From: Lacisediminihabitans sp.
GTDB lineage: Bacteria > Actinomycetota > Actinomycetes > Actinomycetales > Microbacteriaceae
Length of the DNA stretch: 48,882 nt
Direction: 5' to 3'
Assembly: GCA_039936355.1 (NCBI GenBank)
Contig: JBDTIM010000095.1
Span: forward strand, 1 to 48,882
Positions 39,643-48,882 of this stretch are shown piece after piece. Under the pieces are notes generated by a model. The model saw only the letters and a list, made by a program, of their open reading frames with translations, had not been told where the DNA came from and searched no databases. Each line of letters opens with the position of its first letter. The first letter of the stretch is position 1. Made by a program: the position numbers and the translations under genes.

Positions 39643-40836
39643 ATGACGCCACTGGAAGGCCTACGAGTCATCGATGCGTCGACGATCCTCGCCGGGCCTC
39701 TGTGTTGCCAGATCCTCGGCGATTTTGGCGCAGATGTCATCAAGATCGAGCATCCGGTCTACGGCGATAGCATGCGCGGCCACGGTGGGCAGAAGGATGG
39801 CGTCTCACTGTGGTGGAAGGAGATTAGCCGCAACAAGCGCGGTCTTGGTCTCAATCTCGGAACTCCAGCCGGTGCCGAAGCTTTTCTCCGCTTGGCACAG
39901 ACAGCGGATGTCGTCGTGGAGAATTTTCGACCGGGGACGTTGGAGCGTTGGGGCATCGGCCCGACTCAACTACACGAGGTCAATCCCGGACTGATTCTGG
40001 TCAGGCTCACCGGGTTCGGCCAGACCGGCCCATATTCCACCCGCCCCGGTTTCGGAACTCTCGCCGAGGCGATGAGCGGGTTCGCCTATCTCACAGGCTC
40101 GCCAGATGGCCCACCCACGCTGCCCGCGTTCGGCCTAGCAGACAGCATTTGCGGAATCGCCGCTTCATCCGCCACCATGATGGCGCTTCGCCACCGTGAA
40201 GTGAACGGCGGTGGCGGACAGGTCATCGATATGAGCATCCTCGAGCCGATCATGGCCGCCGTAGGACCAGGGCCAACCGTCTACGACCAACTCGGAGTCG
40301 TCGGAGAACGACATGGCAACCGGTCCACCAACAACGCTCCCCGTAATACTTACCGCACACGCGACGGCTACTGGGTCGCTGTCTCGAGCAGCGCCCAAAG
40401 CATCGCCGAGCGCATCATGACCCTCGTCGGGCATCCCGAACTCCTCACTGAGCCTTGGTTTGCCAGCGGGCATGGCCGTGCAGAAAACGTCGATCTCATC
40501 GATGGGTATGTGGCAGATTGGATCGCCCAGCGCGACCGCTCCGATGTGCTCGCCGAGTTCGAAAGGGTAGGCGGCGCCGTTGCGCCGGTCTACAGCGCGA
40601 AGGACATCGTAGAAGATCCCCACATCAGAGAAACCCAGATGCTGGTTGAAGTGAATGACCCGGACCTCGGCCAAGTATTGATGCACAACGTCATGTGGCG
40701 GATGTCAGAATCGCCCGGGCAAATCCGGTTCACCGGCCGCGCACTGGGAGCAGACACCGACACCATCATGGTCGACGAACTCGGTTACACCACTGAGCAG
40801 GTACACGCAATGCGTGAAGAGGGAGTACTGACATGA
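39643..40836 (+). CDS. CaiB/BaiF family III CoA-transferase
   Basis: PLEGLRVID, DFGADVIKIE, RNKR, ADVVVENFRPG, GFGQTGP, catalytic D in LADS. Confidence 0.93.
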   Translation: MTPLEGLRVIDASTILAGPLCCQILGDFGADVIKIEHPVYGDSMRGHGGQKDGVSLWWKEISRNKRGLGLNLGTPAGAEAFLRLAQTADVVVENFRPGTLERWGIGPTQLHEVNPGLILVRLTGFGQTGPYSTRPGFGTLAEAMSGFAYLTGSPDGPPTLPAFGLADSICGIAASSATMMALRHREVNGGGGQVIDMSILEPIMAAVGPGPTVYDQLGVVGERHGNRSTNNAPRNTYRTRDGYWVAVSSSAQSIAERIMTLVGHPELLTEPWFASGHGRAENVDLIDGYVADWIAQRDRSDVLAEFERVGGAVAPVYSAKDIVEDPHIRETQMLVEVNDPDLGQVLMHNVMWRMSESPGQIRFTGRALGADTDTIMVDELGYTTEQVHAMREEGVLT

Positions 40837-41651
40837 GTGACGCACTGTTGGAAGTCGTCCGCAAAGGCGTTCGCACCTTCGATCTGGGACGCCCCCTGTT
40901 CGCCGGTATGCCGCAATCACCAAACCACCCGAAATACACTCACACGCTCCCCCGCCGCCATGGTGACATGGTGCGTCCCGACGGAGGATCTGCCGCTAAC
41001 GACCTGCTGGTCATGGGAACTCACGTGGGAACGCACATCGACGCTCTGGCCCATGTTTCCCAAGATGGCCGGCTGCACGGCGGCGACGACGCATACGAAG
41101 CCGGATGTGGCGGCGGCTATCAACGACTCGGTGTGCACACGGTGAAGCCGATCATCCGTCGCGGCATACTTCTCGACATCCCGCGGGCACTGGGGCTGGA
41201 CGTCTGCGAGGCTGCATACGAAGTGACACCTGCGGACCTCGACTCGGCCCTCGCCCGTACGGGTGTCAAAATTGGCGAAGGCGATATCGTCCTCATCCGC
41301 ACCGGATGGGGCAGGCACTTCTCAGACGGTTCCGACTCATACCTGGGCAAAGACACAGGAGTTCCCGGTGTGAGCGAAGCCGGAGCGAACTGGCTGGCGA
41401 ACCACCGAGTCACCGCAGCGGGCGCAGACACCATCGCCTTCGAATATCTTCCCGCCGGTGCGGGGCACTCTGTTCTTCCCGCGCATCGCGTGCTGCTGGT
41501 CGAACGGGGTATCTACATTATCGAGGCGCTCGATCTCGAAGAACTAGCAGACTCCGGTGTGCACGAGTTCACCTTCATCTTGTCGCCGTTGAACCTGGTC
41601 GGCGCAACCGGTTCCCCGGTCAGGCCACTCGCGGTGGTTTCGGATGTCTGA
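40833..41651 (+). CDS. Cyclase family protein (kynurenine formamidase-like metal hydrolase)
   Basis: HVGTHIDALAH, LIRTGW, AH..LL...G..IIE, GATGSPVRP. Confidence 0.9.
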   Translation: MSDALLEVVRKGVRTFDLGRPLFAGMPQSPNHPKYTHTLPRRHGDMVRPDGGSAANDLLVMGTHVGTHIDALAHVSQDGRLHGGDDAYEAGCGGGYQRLGVHTVKPIIRRGILLDIPRALGLDVCEAAYEVTPADLDSALARTGVKIGEGDIVLIRTGWGRHFSDGSDSYLGKDTGVPGVSEAGANWLANHRVTAAGADTIAFEYLPAGAGHSVLPAHRVLLVERGIYIIEALDLEELADSGVHEFTFILSPLNLVGATGSPVRPLAVVSDV

Positions 41652-43101
41652 CACCCTCGCACAACAGTTGGCGACCTTCGCCGTCGCGAGCACGTATGAC
41701 AACCTGCCGTCCACAGTGGTATCCAGCGTGCGCGAACGCGTGCTCGACATCCTCGGCATCTGCGCAGCAGCGACAGAGCTGGAAACAAGCCGAGCAGCCA
41801 TGGCGTGGGTGTCTGCACAGGGTGGCGTCCCACACGCGACAGCAATTGGGTTACACGAAAACGTCCCCGCCTCCCAAGCAGCGTTCGTCAACGGTGTTCT
41901 TGCACACTCGCTCGACTACGACGACACGCACCTTCCCTCTGTTTTGCATCCGAGCGCGTCCGTCATTCCCGCGGCCCTTGCGGCTGCTCAAGCCAGCGGT
42001 GCCGACGGTCGAGCGACCATCGCCGCGATCGCCGTGGGCCTCGAGGTCTGCGTGCGCATCGGGATGGCCGGATACGATCACGACTCGGGAAACTCTACGT
42101 TTTTCGAACACGGGCAGCACGCCACCTCCATCTGCGGCGCCCTCGGCTCCGCGGTCGCGGCCGGGATGCTCCTCGGGTTGGATAAAGAAGGCCTAACGAA
42201 CGCCATCGGAGTTTCAGCCTCGATGGCGTCTGGAATTATCGAATCTAACCGCACAGGTGGGACGGTCAAGCGAATGCACTGCGGCTGGGCAGCACACTCC
42301 GGTGTCTCTGCCGCACAGCTCGTTGCACTCGGATTTACCGGGCCCCCAACCGTGCTCGAGGGCCGCTTCGGCTTCTTCGAAGCTTGGCTGCATGGGACCT
42401 TCAACGCTGCAGAAATCACGGATGGCCTTGGCACGCACTGGTTAGTGCCCGGAATATTCTTCAAGCCCTACCCCGCAAATCACTTCACCCATGCGGCCAT
42501 AGATGCCGCCCTAGCGCTTCGAGCTGAAGGGCTCAATGTAGATCAGATCGAGTCAATTACGGTCGGTGTCGCCACCCCAACGGTTCGGACTATAGGCGAG
42601 CCGATCGCCGTCAAGCGCGCGCCAGACACCGGATACATGGCCCAGTTCAGCGCACCTTTTGTCGTCGCAGCTGCCCTACTAGGTGGTAGCGGACTCGGAC
42701 TCGGACTCGACGACTTCACCGACGACAAGGCTCACGACCCGGCCTACCGGGCTGTCATGGCCAAGGTGAGCGTGATTGCCGATGCTGACTGTGACGAGAT
42801 CTTTCCCCACCAGTTTCCTGCCACACTCCGGGTGCGGTTAATCGGAGGGCAGGAGATTGTCAAGAAAGTTCTGGCCAACCGCGGCGGCCCCGGTCACCCG
42901 CTGTCGTACGAAGAACTGGGAACGAAATTCTCCGACAATGCCGGTCGGGTGCTCGGAGCCCAAGCGGTAGCGAACATCCGAGACAACGTCGCACGCATGG
43001 AACAGCTTGCTGGCGTTGGGCAACTGCTGGAACCGATGCGAGACCTCGGCCAACTGCACACTGTTCCAGACGATGAATCAAAGGAGAACACCGATGTCTG
43101 A
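41644..43101 (+). CDS. MmgE/PrpD family protein
   Basis: NG.LAHSLDYDDTH..HPS, KRMHCGWAA..G, FKPYP, AQFS.PF. Confidence 0.9.
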   Translation: MSDTLAQQLATFAVASTYDNLPSTVVSSVRERVLDILGICAAATELETSRAAMAWVSAQGGVPHATAIGLHENVPASQAAFVNGVLAHSLDYDDTHLPSVLHPSASVIPAALAAAQASGADGRATIAAIAVGLEVCVRIGMAGYDHDSGNSTFFEHGQHATSICGALGSAVAAGMLLGLDKEGLTNAIGVSASMASGIIESNRTGGTVKRMHCGWAAHSGVSAAQLVALGFTGPPTVLEGRFGFFEAWLHGTFNAAEITDGLGTHWLVPGIFFKPYPANHFTHAAIDAALALRAEGLNVDQIESITVGVATPTVRTIGEPIAVKRAPDTGYMAQFSAPFVVAAALLGGSGLGLGLDDFTDDKAHDPAYRAVMAKVSVIADADCDEIFPHQFPATLRVRLIGGQEIVKKVLANRGGPGHPLSYEELGTKFSDNAGRVLGAQAVANIRDNVARMEQLAGVGQLLEPMRDLGQLHTVPDDESKENTDV

Positions 43102-44563
43102 ATTCGACCTGCTGGTTAAAAATGTTCGAGTCGTCCGCGCGGACACGAGCGAGGTCGCCGACCTCGACATTGGAGTCGCCGGTGGAAAGATCACCCGCCT
43201 CGCTCCCGCACTAGATGCGGACCTCGCTGCAACCGTCGTCGACGGCGGAGGCAAGCTGGCCTTTCCCGGCGCAGTGGATTCACACCAGCACTGGGGAATC
43301 TACAACCCGCTCGAGGAAGACGCTCGCAGCGAGAGCCGCGCCTCTGCCCAGGGCGGTGTCACGTCGGGGATCTCTTATATGCGCACCGGTCAGTACTACC
43401 TCAACCAGGGGGGGCCCTACTCCAAATTCCTGCCCAAGGTTCTCGAGGCGAGCGAGGGGCGTTCGTTCATCGACTACGCCTTCCACGTGGCTCCGATGAT
43501 GAACGAACACATCGACGAATTGCCGCAGATCGTTAAAGACTTCGGAATTACCTCATTTAAAATCTTCATGTTCTACGGAGGCTTTGGACTTCACGGTGCA
43601 TCAACGAGCCAGCGGGAGTTCCTCATGATCCCCGAGGACGAAAACTATGACTATGCACACTTCGAGTTCGTCATGCGGGGCGTGCAGCGCCTGCGAGAGC
43701 AGATGCCGGAACTCGCCGACGAGATTTCGCTCTCTCTGCACTGCGAGACGGCCGAGATCATGCGGGCGTACACGACCATCGTGCAGAAGGAGGGAAAGCT
43801 GAAGGGTCTCGAGGCGTATAGCGCGGCCCGGCCACCACACTCCGAAGGACTAGCTGTTTCGATCGCCTCTTACCTGGCGTACGAGACAGGCCTGCCAACG
43901 ATCAATCTGCTTCACCTGTCATCCGCCAAGGCCCTCGACGCGGCACTTGCCATGTCGAAGGCGTTCCCACACATCGACTTCCGTCGCGAAGTTACCATCG
44001 GTCACCTACTTGCGAACTTCAATACTGCAGCAAATCTCGGTGGCAAAGTCAACCCGCCGCTACGCTCGCCTGAAGATGTCGAAGCGCTTTGGGAACACCT
44101 GATTGCCGGCGATATCGACTGGGTCGTGAGCGACCATGCGTGCTGCAAAGACGAGCTCAAGTTCGGCGAACCACGGGACGATGTCTTCGCGGCGAAGTCC
44201 GGATTCGGCGGTACCGAATACCTGCTGCCCGGCCTCATTAGCGAGGGATCGAAGCGCGGGCTTAGCTACCAGCGGATTGCACAGCTCACGTCATGGAACC
44301 CGGCAAAGCGCTACGGTCTGCACCAGAAGGGGAATATTGCAGAAGGATACGACGCCGACTTCGCGCTGGTCGATCCCAACAGCTCGCACGTGATCCACGC
44401 CAGCGACTCAGAGTCGACTCAGGAGTACACACCCTTCGAGGGCTTCGAGCTCTCCGCACAGGTGACGGATACGTTCGTGCGGGGAAACCGAGTGCTTGAG
44501 AACGGAAAAGTTGTCGGGGAACCGCACGGGAAGTATCTCCGCCGCGGTTCACTTACGGCCTAG
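43094..44563 (+). CDS. Cyclic amidohydrolase (allantoinase/dihydroorotase/hydantoinase family)
   Basis: PG.VDSHQH, SFKIFM (carbamylated Lys), LHCE, HLS, KVNPPLR, SDHA, NPAK.YGL..KG. AAGGAG RBS before 43094. Confidence 0.88.
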   Translation: MSEFDLLVKNVRVVRADTSEVADLDIGVAGGKITRLAPALDADLAATVVDGGGKLAFPGAVDSHQHWGIYNPLEEDARSESRASAQGGVTSGISYMRTGQYYLNQGGPYSKFLPKVLEASEGRSFIDYAFHVAPMMNEHIDELPQIVKDFGITSFKIFMFYGGFGLHGASTSQREFLMIPEDENYDYAHFEFVMRGVQRLREQMPELADEISLSLHCETAEIMRAYTTIVQKEGKLKGLEAYSAARPPHSEGLAVSIASYLAYETGLPTINLLHLSSAKALDAALAMSKAFPHIDFRREVTIGHLLANFNTAANLGGKVNPPLRSPEDVEALWEHLIAGDIDWVVSDHACCKDELKFGEPRDDVFAAKSGFGGTEYLLPGLISEGSKRGLSYQRIAQLTSWNPAKRYGLHQKGNIAEGYDADFALVDPNSSHVIHASDSESTQEYTPFEGFELSAQVTDTFVRGNRVLENGKVVGEPHGKYLRRGSLTA

Positions 44564-44573
44564 TTCGGCAGGG

Positions 44574-45455
44574 TCAGCTTCCCTGCCGGGCTCCGGCCCT
44601 GGCGAGCACCTCACGCGCTGAACGGACGACGGCGACGTCAACCATCCTGCCGTCGTCATCCGTCATCACTCCCGCACCACCACGCTCGGACTCCTCGAAC
44701 GCAGCGACCAGCCTGCTGGCACGCTGCACTTCGGCCTCCGACGGCGTGAACACCTCGTTGATCGTCGCGAGCTGGGCCGGGTGGATGGCGCTGCGCCCGC
44801 GAAAGCCGAGACGCAAGAGACGCTCGGTCGATTCCCGCAGAGCCACCAGATCACGGAAGTCAGTGGATGTCGGGGCCATCGGGGAGGCGATTCCCGCCGC
44901 CGCCGACGCAATCACGAGTTGCAGAAGCAGAGGATCGAGGCCCGCGTCTTCTGGCTCGAGCCGAAGCCCGAGCTCGCCCGCCAAATCCGCGCGACCTATC
45001 GCCAACCGTGCCACACGGGGCAGTGAGGCGAGTTCCGCGGCACTCAGCAAACCGCGAGCCGTTTCGATGAGAGCGATGATCGCGAAGCTCCCGTGAACTG
45101 CCTGCAGCTCCCGCTCGCGAGACGTGAGGAGTTCGTCCACGGCGCGCAGAAGTTCCGGTTCCGCCTTGGGTACCATCACTCCGGTGACCCGTGAGGTAAG
45201 CGCCGCAATGTCAGCCGCGGGGGAGGTTGATGTTGTGCGCACCCACACTTGGCCGGTCGTTTCTCCATTATCCGCAAGCCATGCGGCAACACGCTCTCTA
45301 GCCAAGGTCTTGTTCTGCAGGGACACGGAATCCTCTAGATCGAGGATCAGCGCATCAGCACCGCGCGCGCTCGCGCCGTCCAGGCGTTCCTTCTGATCTC
45401 CCGGCACGTACAGGTAGCTCCGGGCAGCGGACTCGCTTTGGGCGTGTGAGTGCAT
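44574..45455 (-). CDS. CitE-like HpcH/HpaI aldolase/citrate lyase family (acyl-CoA lyase)
   Basis: RSYLYVPG, LDLEDSV, PK, IETARG, AIHPAQ, GRMVD. TAGACT -10 element 6 nt before the ATG (leaderless). Confidence 0.9.
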   Translation of the reverse strand: MHSHAQSESAARSYLYVPGDQKERLDGASARGADALILDLEDSVSLQNKTLARERVAAWLADNGETTGQVWVRTTSTSPAADIAALTSRVTGVMVPKAEPELLRAVDELLTSRERELQAVHGSFAIIALIETARGLLSAAELASLPRVARLAIGRADLAGELGLRLEPEDAGLDPLLLQLVIASAAAGIASPMAPTSTDFRDLVALRESTERLLRLGFRGRSAIHPAQLATINEVFTPSEAEVQRASRLVAAFEESERGGAGVMTDDDGRMVDVAVVRSAREVLARAGARQGS

Positions 45456-45546
45456 GACTACAGTCTAGATTTCGGGCGCCGTCTTCGTGAGTCGGCTCCC
45501 CGAGCATCCGCGTGACGTCAACGAGGCAAAGTACGATGTAATACCC

Positions 45547-46086
45547 ATGACTAGCACGCACATCACACCACTGAGCCTCGCTCAAGGCGACTCGTTCCTG
45601 CACACCACCATGCTCGATCCACTCGCCCAGCCGCTGCTGCTCGACCTGGAACGCGAGTACACCGAGCGCTACAGCTCGATGTTCGACACCCCGGCGTCCG
45701 AAGAAATCAATCGCTACCCGGCCGATGCGTTCGTGGCACCCCAAGGGACCTTCCTGCTGCTCCTGCGGAACGGCTCCGCTATCGCGGGCGGTGCGTTCAT
45801 GACAATCGCCGAGAACACGGTTGAGATCAAGCGAGTCTGGACGGACGCGAACTTCCGCGGCCACGGTTTCGCGCGACTCGTGCTCGCGGAGCTGGAAGCC
45901 GAGGCAACCCGACGCGGATTCACGGATGTCGTGCTCAGCACCGGCCCGCGGCAGCCTGAGGCCGTCCACCTCTACTTTGCGACCGGCTACAAGCCCCAGT
46001 TCGACCCGGCCCTCGACGCCGCAACCATCGGGGCCCACGAGTTCCGGAAGCGTCTCAACCCAGCCGTTTCCCTCGACGGACACTGA
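45547..46086 (+). CDS. GNAT family N-acetyltransferase
   Basis: EIKRVW..FRGHGFAR..LE, TGPRQPEA..LY...GY. Alternative start at 45487. Confidence 0.88.
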   Translation: MTSTHITPLSLAQGDSFLHTTMLDPLAQPLLLDLEREYTERYSSMFDTPASEEINRYPADAFVAPQGTFLLLLRNGSAIAGGAFMTIAENTVEIKRVWTDANFRGHGFARLVLAELEAEATRRGFTDVVLSTGPRQPEAVHLYFATGYKPQFDPALDAATIGAHEFRKRLNPAVSLDGH

Positions 46087-46636
46087 CCACGCGGGTACCT
46101 GCCACGAGATCGTGCGGGCCACGCCTTTCGCGCTGAAGAAGCACGCAGACCACATAAGCGATCGGCAACAGGTTAGCTCCGGCGATCCCAACGGATACCC
46201 ACACAGGGAACACGCTAAGGCTGCCAGCTGCCACCGCCTGCCAGACGAAAAAATGGGCTAACTCCCATGGGATCAACTTCACGACAGTGCGCACCAAGAT
46301 TCGAATGCGACCGGGCCGGCCACCATTGGTCTCATCAATGACTCGCAGCCGGAGCGCTCGCTTGCCCACTGTCGCCTGCCACACTGATGCCTCTGCAGCA
46401 TACAAATAGATCCCAACCGGAAGGACCAGGGTCACAAAACCCAACAGTTCGGCCCCAAGGGTGCCAAAAGCAAGCCAGTGTGCAAACCCACCGGTCATGC
46501 CTGCGACCACCACAGCGACAAGTGTCAACACGGCAAGATAGGCAACGATAAGTGCGTAATCGATCAGGATCGCGAGCAAGCGCCTGCCGAAACTCGGAGG
46601 CATCTGCGAAGTCAACCCGCCATTGCGCTCACTCAT
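46055..46636 (-). CDS. RDD family membrane protein
   Basis: RRLLAILIDY, QATVGKRALRLRV, R.PHDLVAGTRV. The ATG at 46636 has a GGAGAAGGA RBS. Confidence 0.88.
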   Translation of the reverse strand: MSERNGGLTSQMPPSFGRRLLAILIDYALIVAYLAVLTLVAVVVAGMTGGFAHWLAFGTLGAELLGFVTLVLPVGIYLYAAEASVWQATVGKRALRLRVIDETNGGRPGRIRILVRTVVKLIPWELAHFFVWQAVAAGSLSVFPVWVSVGIAGANLLPIAYVVCVLLQRERRGPHDLVAGTRVVSVRRGKRLG

Positions 46637-46649
46637 GTCCTTCTCCGGG

Positions 46650-47423
46650 TCAGCCCTGCTCTGGCCAGTAATACGAATCGGGTTTCGCTCGCGCTCCGAA
46701 GATCGCCTGGCCAACTCGAACCACGGTGGCGCCCTCCTCGATGGCAATCTCAAAGTCACCAGACATCCCCATCGACAGTTCATCGAGACCGACACCATCC
46801 GGTGCGCTCTCACGCAACTGCCCTTGAAGCTCTCGAAGCCGCCGGAAGCAGGTGCGTACGAGTTCGGCATCCCGGCTGAACACTGCGAGCGTCATCAGGC
46901 CGCGAACGCGCAGGGACGAATAGTTCGGTAGTTCCCGCACGAAGTCCGCAGCGGCAGAGGGCTCAAGCCCGAATTTGCTGTCTTCACCGGAGGTATTCAC
47001 TTGAACGAAGACGTCCAAACTGCGACCCGCCGCCTGAAGGCGCCGATCCAACGCTTCCGCGACCCTGAGACTGTCGAGTGCTTGGAACTCGCTCGCAAAC
47101 TCCGCAACCAGCTTCGCCTTATTGGTCTGCAGGTGGCCGATCACCGACCACTGAACCGCCGTATCCGCGAGCTCACCCCACTTGCGGTGAGCCTCCTGCA
47201 CCTTGTTCTCCCCTAGCAACAGGGCACCGGCTGCCACGGCGTGACGGATGCGTTCTGCCGGCACGGTCTTGCTGACGGGAAGCAATCGAACCTGATCGGC
47301 CCGACCGGCTCGCGTGCGGGCCGCATCGATCCGCCCCTGCACCGCGTCTAGATTGAGCGTGAACTCCTCGGGCGTCTCAGCGTGTGCCACCGGCATGAGC
47401 TCGGCGCCCAAAAACTCAGCCAC
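46650..47423 (-). CDS. yggS: YggS family PLP-binding homeostasis protein
   Basis: LLPVSKT, GENKVQE, IGHLQTNK, QVNTSGE.SK.G, GLMT, LSMGMSGDF..AIEEGAT.VRVG. Confidence 0.93.
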   Translation of the reverse strand: MAEFLGAELMPVAHAETPEEFTLNLDAVQGRIDAARTRAGRADQVRLLPVSKTVPAERIRHAVAAGALLLGENKVQEAHRKWGELADTAVQWSVIGHLQTNKAKLVAEFASEFQALDSLRVAEALDRRLQAAGRSLDVFVQVNTSGEDSKFGLEPSAAADFVRELPNYSSLRVRGLMTLAVFSRDAELVRTCFRRLRELQGQLRESAPDGVGLDELSMGMSGDFEIAIEEGATVVRVGQAIFGARAKPDSYYWPEQG

Positions 47424-47625
47424 GGTAATGCTCCCTACTTAAGCGTCATCCTGTGTACATCTTCCCATCGCGAGCGCGAGTCGGATCGCACACGGTGGAT
47501 AGAGCCGGACCATAGCGTTCACAACATCAGCTCGATCACTGATCTGGGAACAAACGCCCCGCTGATGAGAATGACGACATAGATTGGGTCACGAACTTTT
47601 CTATTAACGGACTAAGTGGGCGGCG

Positions 47626-48465
47626 ATGAGCGACGAGCGACGGAAGGAACTGGGTGCCAGTGACTCACCGGTCGAAGATGACCTGCACGAGGCTTTCGAC
47701 AGCGTCGTAGAACGAGGTGCGGAGCGACTCCATCGCACGCTCCCCACCATCCTGATCACCGGGTTTTTCGGTGGGCTGGAAGTGGGCTTGGGCGTGATGG
47801 CGTATCTCGCCGTTCTCGCACAGACAGGCGACCACCTCCTGGCCGGGCTGGCCTTCAGTATCGGATTCATCGCGCTCCTGCTTGCTCACAGTGAGCTCTT
47901 CACTGAGAACTTTCTGTTGCCAATCGCAGCGGTTGTGGCACGCGAGGCTAGCGTTTCGAAGCTCGGCAAGCTTTGGGCTGGAACACTCGTCGCCAACCTC
48001 GCTGGCGGGTGGATCTTCATGTGGCTCGTCGTACAAGCGTTCCCCGAATGGCACACCACAGTGATGAGCGCCGGTGAGCACTTTGCGGGTTCACCGCTCA
48101 CTCTTCAGACCGCAGTGCTAGGAATCCTCGGCGGCAGCACCATCACGCTCATGACTCGGATGCAAAACGGAACGGATTCCGACGTCGCGAAGATCGTCGC
48201 AGCGGTCGCCGGCGGCTTTCTCCTCGCGGGACTGCAGCTCTTTCACTCGATTCTCGACTCGCTTCTCATCTTTGGAGCAATTCAGGCCGGTGCAGATATC
48301 ACCTTCCTGCAATGGTTCGGATGGTTCGGGTACACGCTGCTGTTCAATATCGTTGGCGGCGTACTACTCGTCACCGCCCTCCGCTTGGTGCGCACGAAGG
48401 AGCTCATCAAAGAACGACGCAACAATGCTCCGGCAGATCCGGATGCTCCGCGCAAGAGTAAATGA
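47626..48465 (+). CDS. Formate/nitrite transporter (FNT) family protein
   Basis: FSIGF, SELFTENF, NL.GG, HSI, N..GG and TM pattern. Confidence 0.85.
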   Translation: MSDERRKELGASDSPVEDDLHEAFDSVVERGAERLHRTLPTILITGFFGGLEVGLGVMAYLAVLAQTGDHLLAGLAFSIGFIALLLAHSELFTENFLLPIAAVVAREASVSKLGKLWAGTLVANLAGGWIFMWLVVQAFPEWHTTVMSAGEHFAGSPLTLQTAVLGILGGSTITLMTRMQNGTDSDVAKIVAAVAGGFLLAGLQLFHSILDSLLIFGAIQAGADITFLQWFGWFGYTLLFNIVGGVLLVTALRLVRTKELIKERRNNAPADPDAPRKSK

Positions 48466-48505
48466 CCCCGCCAGTGGCGGCCGGGCAGTCTTCATTGCAT
48501 TCGGG

Positions 48506-48880
48506 CTAGACCCCTCCGCCACCTCCGCCACCGCCGCCCCCACCAGACACCGCTCCCCCGCCGGAGCCGCCGCTGGTGCTGCTGTATGCGGACGACGCGC
48601 TCACCGACACCGAACCGATGCTGCTGGCGAAGATCGCTGCATTGAACGCGCCTGAACCGACATACCAAGATGGTTGCTCACCGGATTTTTCGTAATAGCG
48701 GCCCAGTTCTTCAGCCCACTCCTTCTCAATGCCGAAGAGGACGGCATACGGGAGCAGTCTTTCGTTAATTTTGATCACCTGACGCTGGTCATCCGCTGTG
48801 ACCACGGCACGCTCGGCACCCTTGGGCGATTGCAGGTAGCGAAGTCGGTCTGCCTCGGCGAGCGAAATGTACTCGCGGAG
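48506..48880 (-). CDS. DUF2207 family membrane protein, C-terminal part (5'-partial)
   Basis: Frame open to the window end: LREYISLAEADRLRYLQSP.GA..., ERLLPYAVLFG.EKEW, P.WY.G, Gly-rich tail SGGGGGGGGGGGV. Confidence 0.85.
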   Translation of the reverse strand, partial: LREYISLAEADRLRYLQSPKGAERAVVTADDQRQVIKINERLLPYAVLFGIEKEWAEELGRYYEKSGEQPSWYVGSGAFNAAIFASSIGSVSVSASSAYSSTSGGSGGGAVSGGGGGGGGGGGV

Positions 48881-48882
48881 AC

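Larger units (their letters stand above)
14600..44563. mobile_element. Putative horizontally acquired catabolic island (boundaries approximate, no mobility genes seen)
   Basis: Spot GC counts: 25681-25740 = 27/60 and 32041-32100 = 23/60, versus 8761-8820 = 42/60 in the flank. AT-rich intergenic gaps and only catabolic/transport genes. The 39.6-44.6 kb part looks closer to host composition. Confidence 0.55.

Noticed and set aside
14560-44580. att sites, integrase, IS element or tRNA target for the island
   Set aside because: No such genes and no flanking direct repeats were found by eye, so the mobility mechanism and exact ends are unsupported.
34694-47423. Assigning the island to vitamin B6 or nicotinate degradation, or linking it to yggS
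   Set aside because: Only family-level resemblance. Key ring-cleavage and hydroxylase enzymes are absent, catalytic residues differ, and yggS lies outside the operator-marked region.
48506-48600. GCC/CCG-rich repeat
   Set aside because: It simply encodes the Gly-rich tail typical of DUF2207 proteins.

Overview
High-GC actinobacterial chromosomal DNA; gene content and style suggest Microbacteriaceae (inference). The left flank (1-14.5 kb) is housekeeping: a protein O-mannosyltransferase, a large Ig-repeat membrane protein, metY plus a CoA-binding protein, a rhodanese gene remnant, a YyaL-like protein, an aldo/keto reductase and the methylcitrate genes prpDBC with a GntR regulator. From about 14.6 to 44.6 kb lies a largely lower-GC catabolic island of about 25 genes with no integrase or transposase. 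It carries two ABC importers, an MFS transporter, two flavin monooxygenases, GMC/ALDH/SDR oxidoreductases, five different C-N hydrolase-type enzymes, a CoA-transferase, a second MmgE/PrpD protein and a single IclR regulator. The strongest signal is a 17-bp palindrome (GKTYC-N7-GRAMC) recurring in front of most island operons, in two cases with near-identical spacing around TTGACA promoters. This suggests one IclR regulon for an unidentified, probably N-heterocyclic substrate. The island also encodes odd enzymes: an alpha/beta-hydrolase lacking both Ser and His, a one-cysteine (C73/G188) AMDase/maleate-isomerase homolog, and an SDR whose only plausible start is ATT. The right flank (44.6-48.9 kb) has CitE-like lyase, GNAT, RDD, yggS, FNT transporter and a partial DUF2207 gene. 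No rRNA, tRNA or CRISPR was seen. All calls are from motif recognition by eye; no searches were run.
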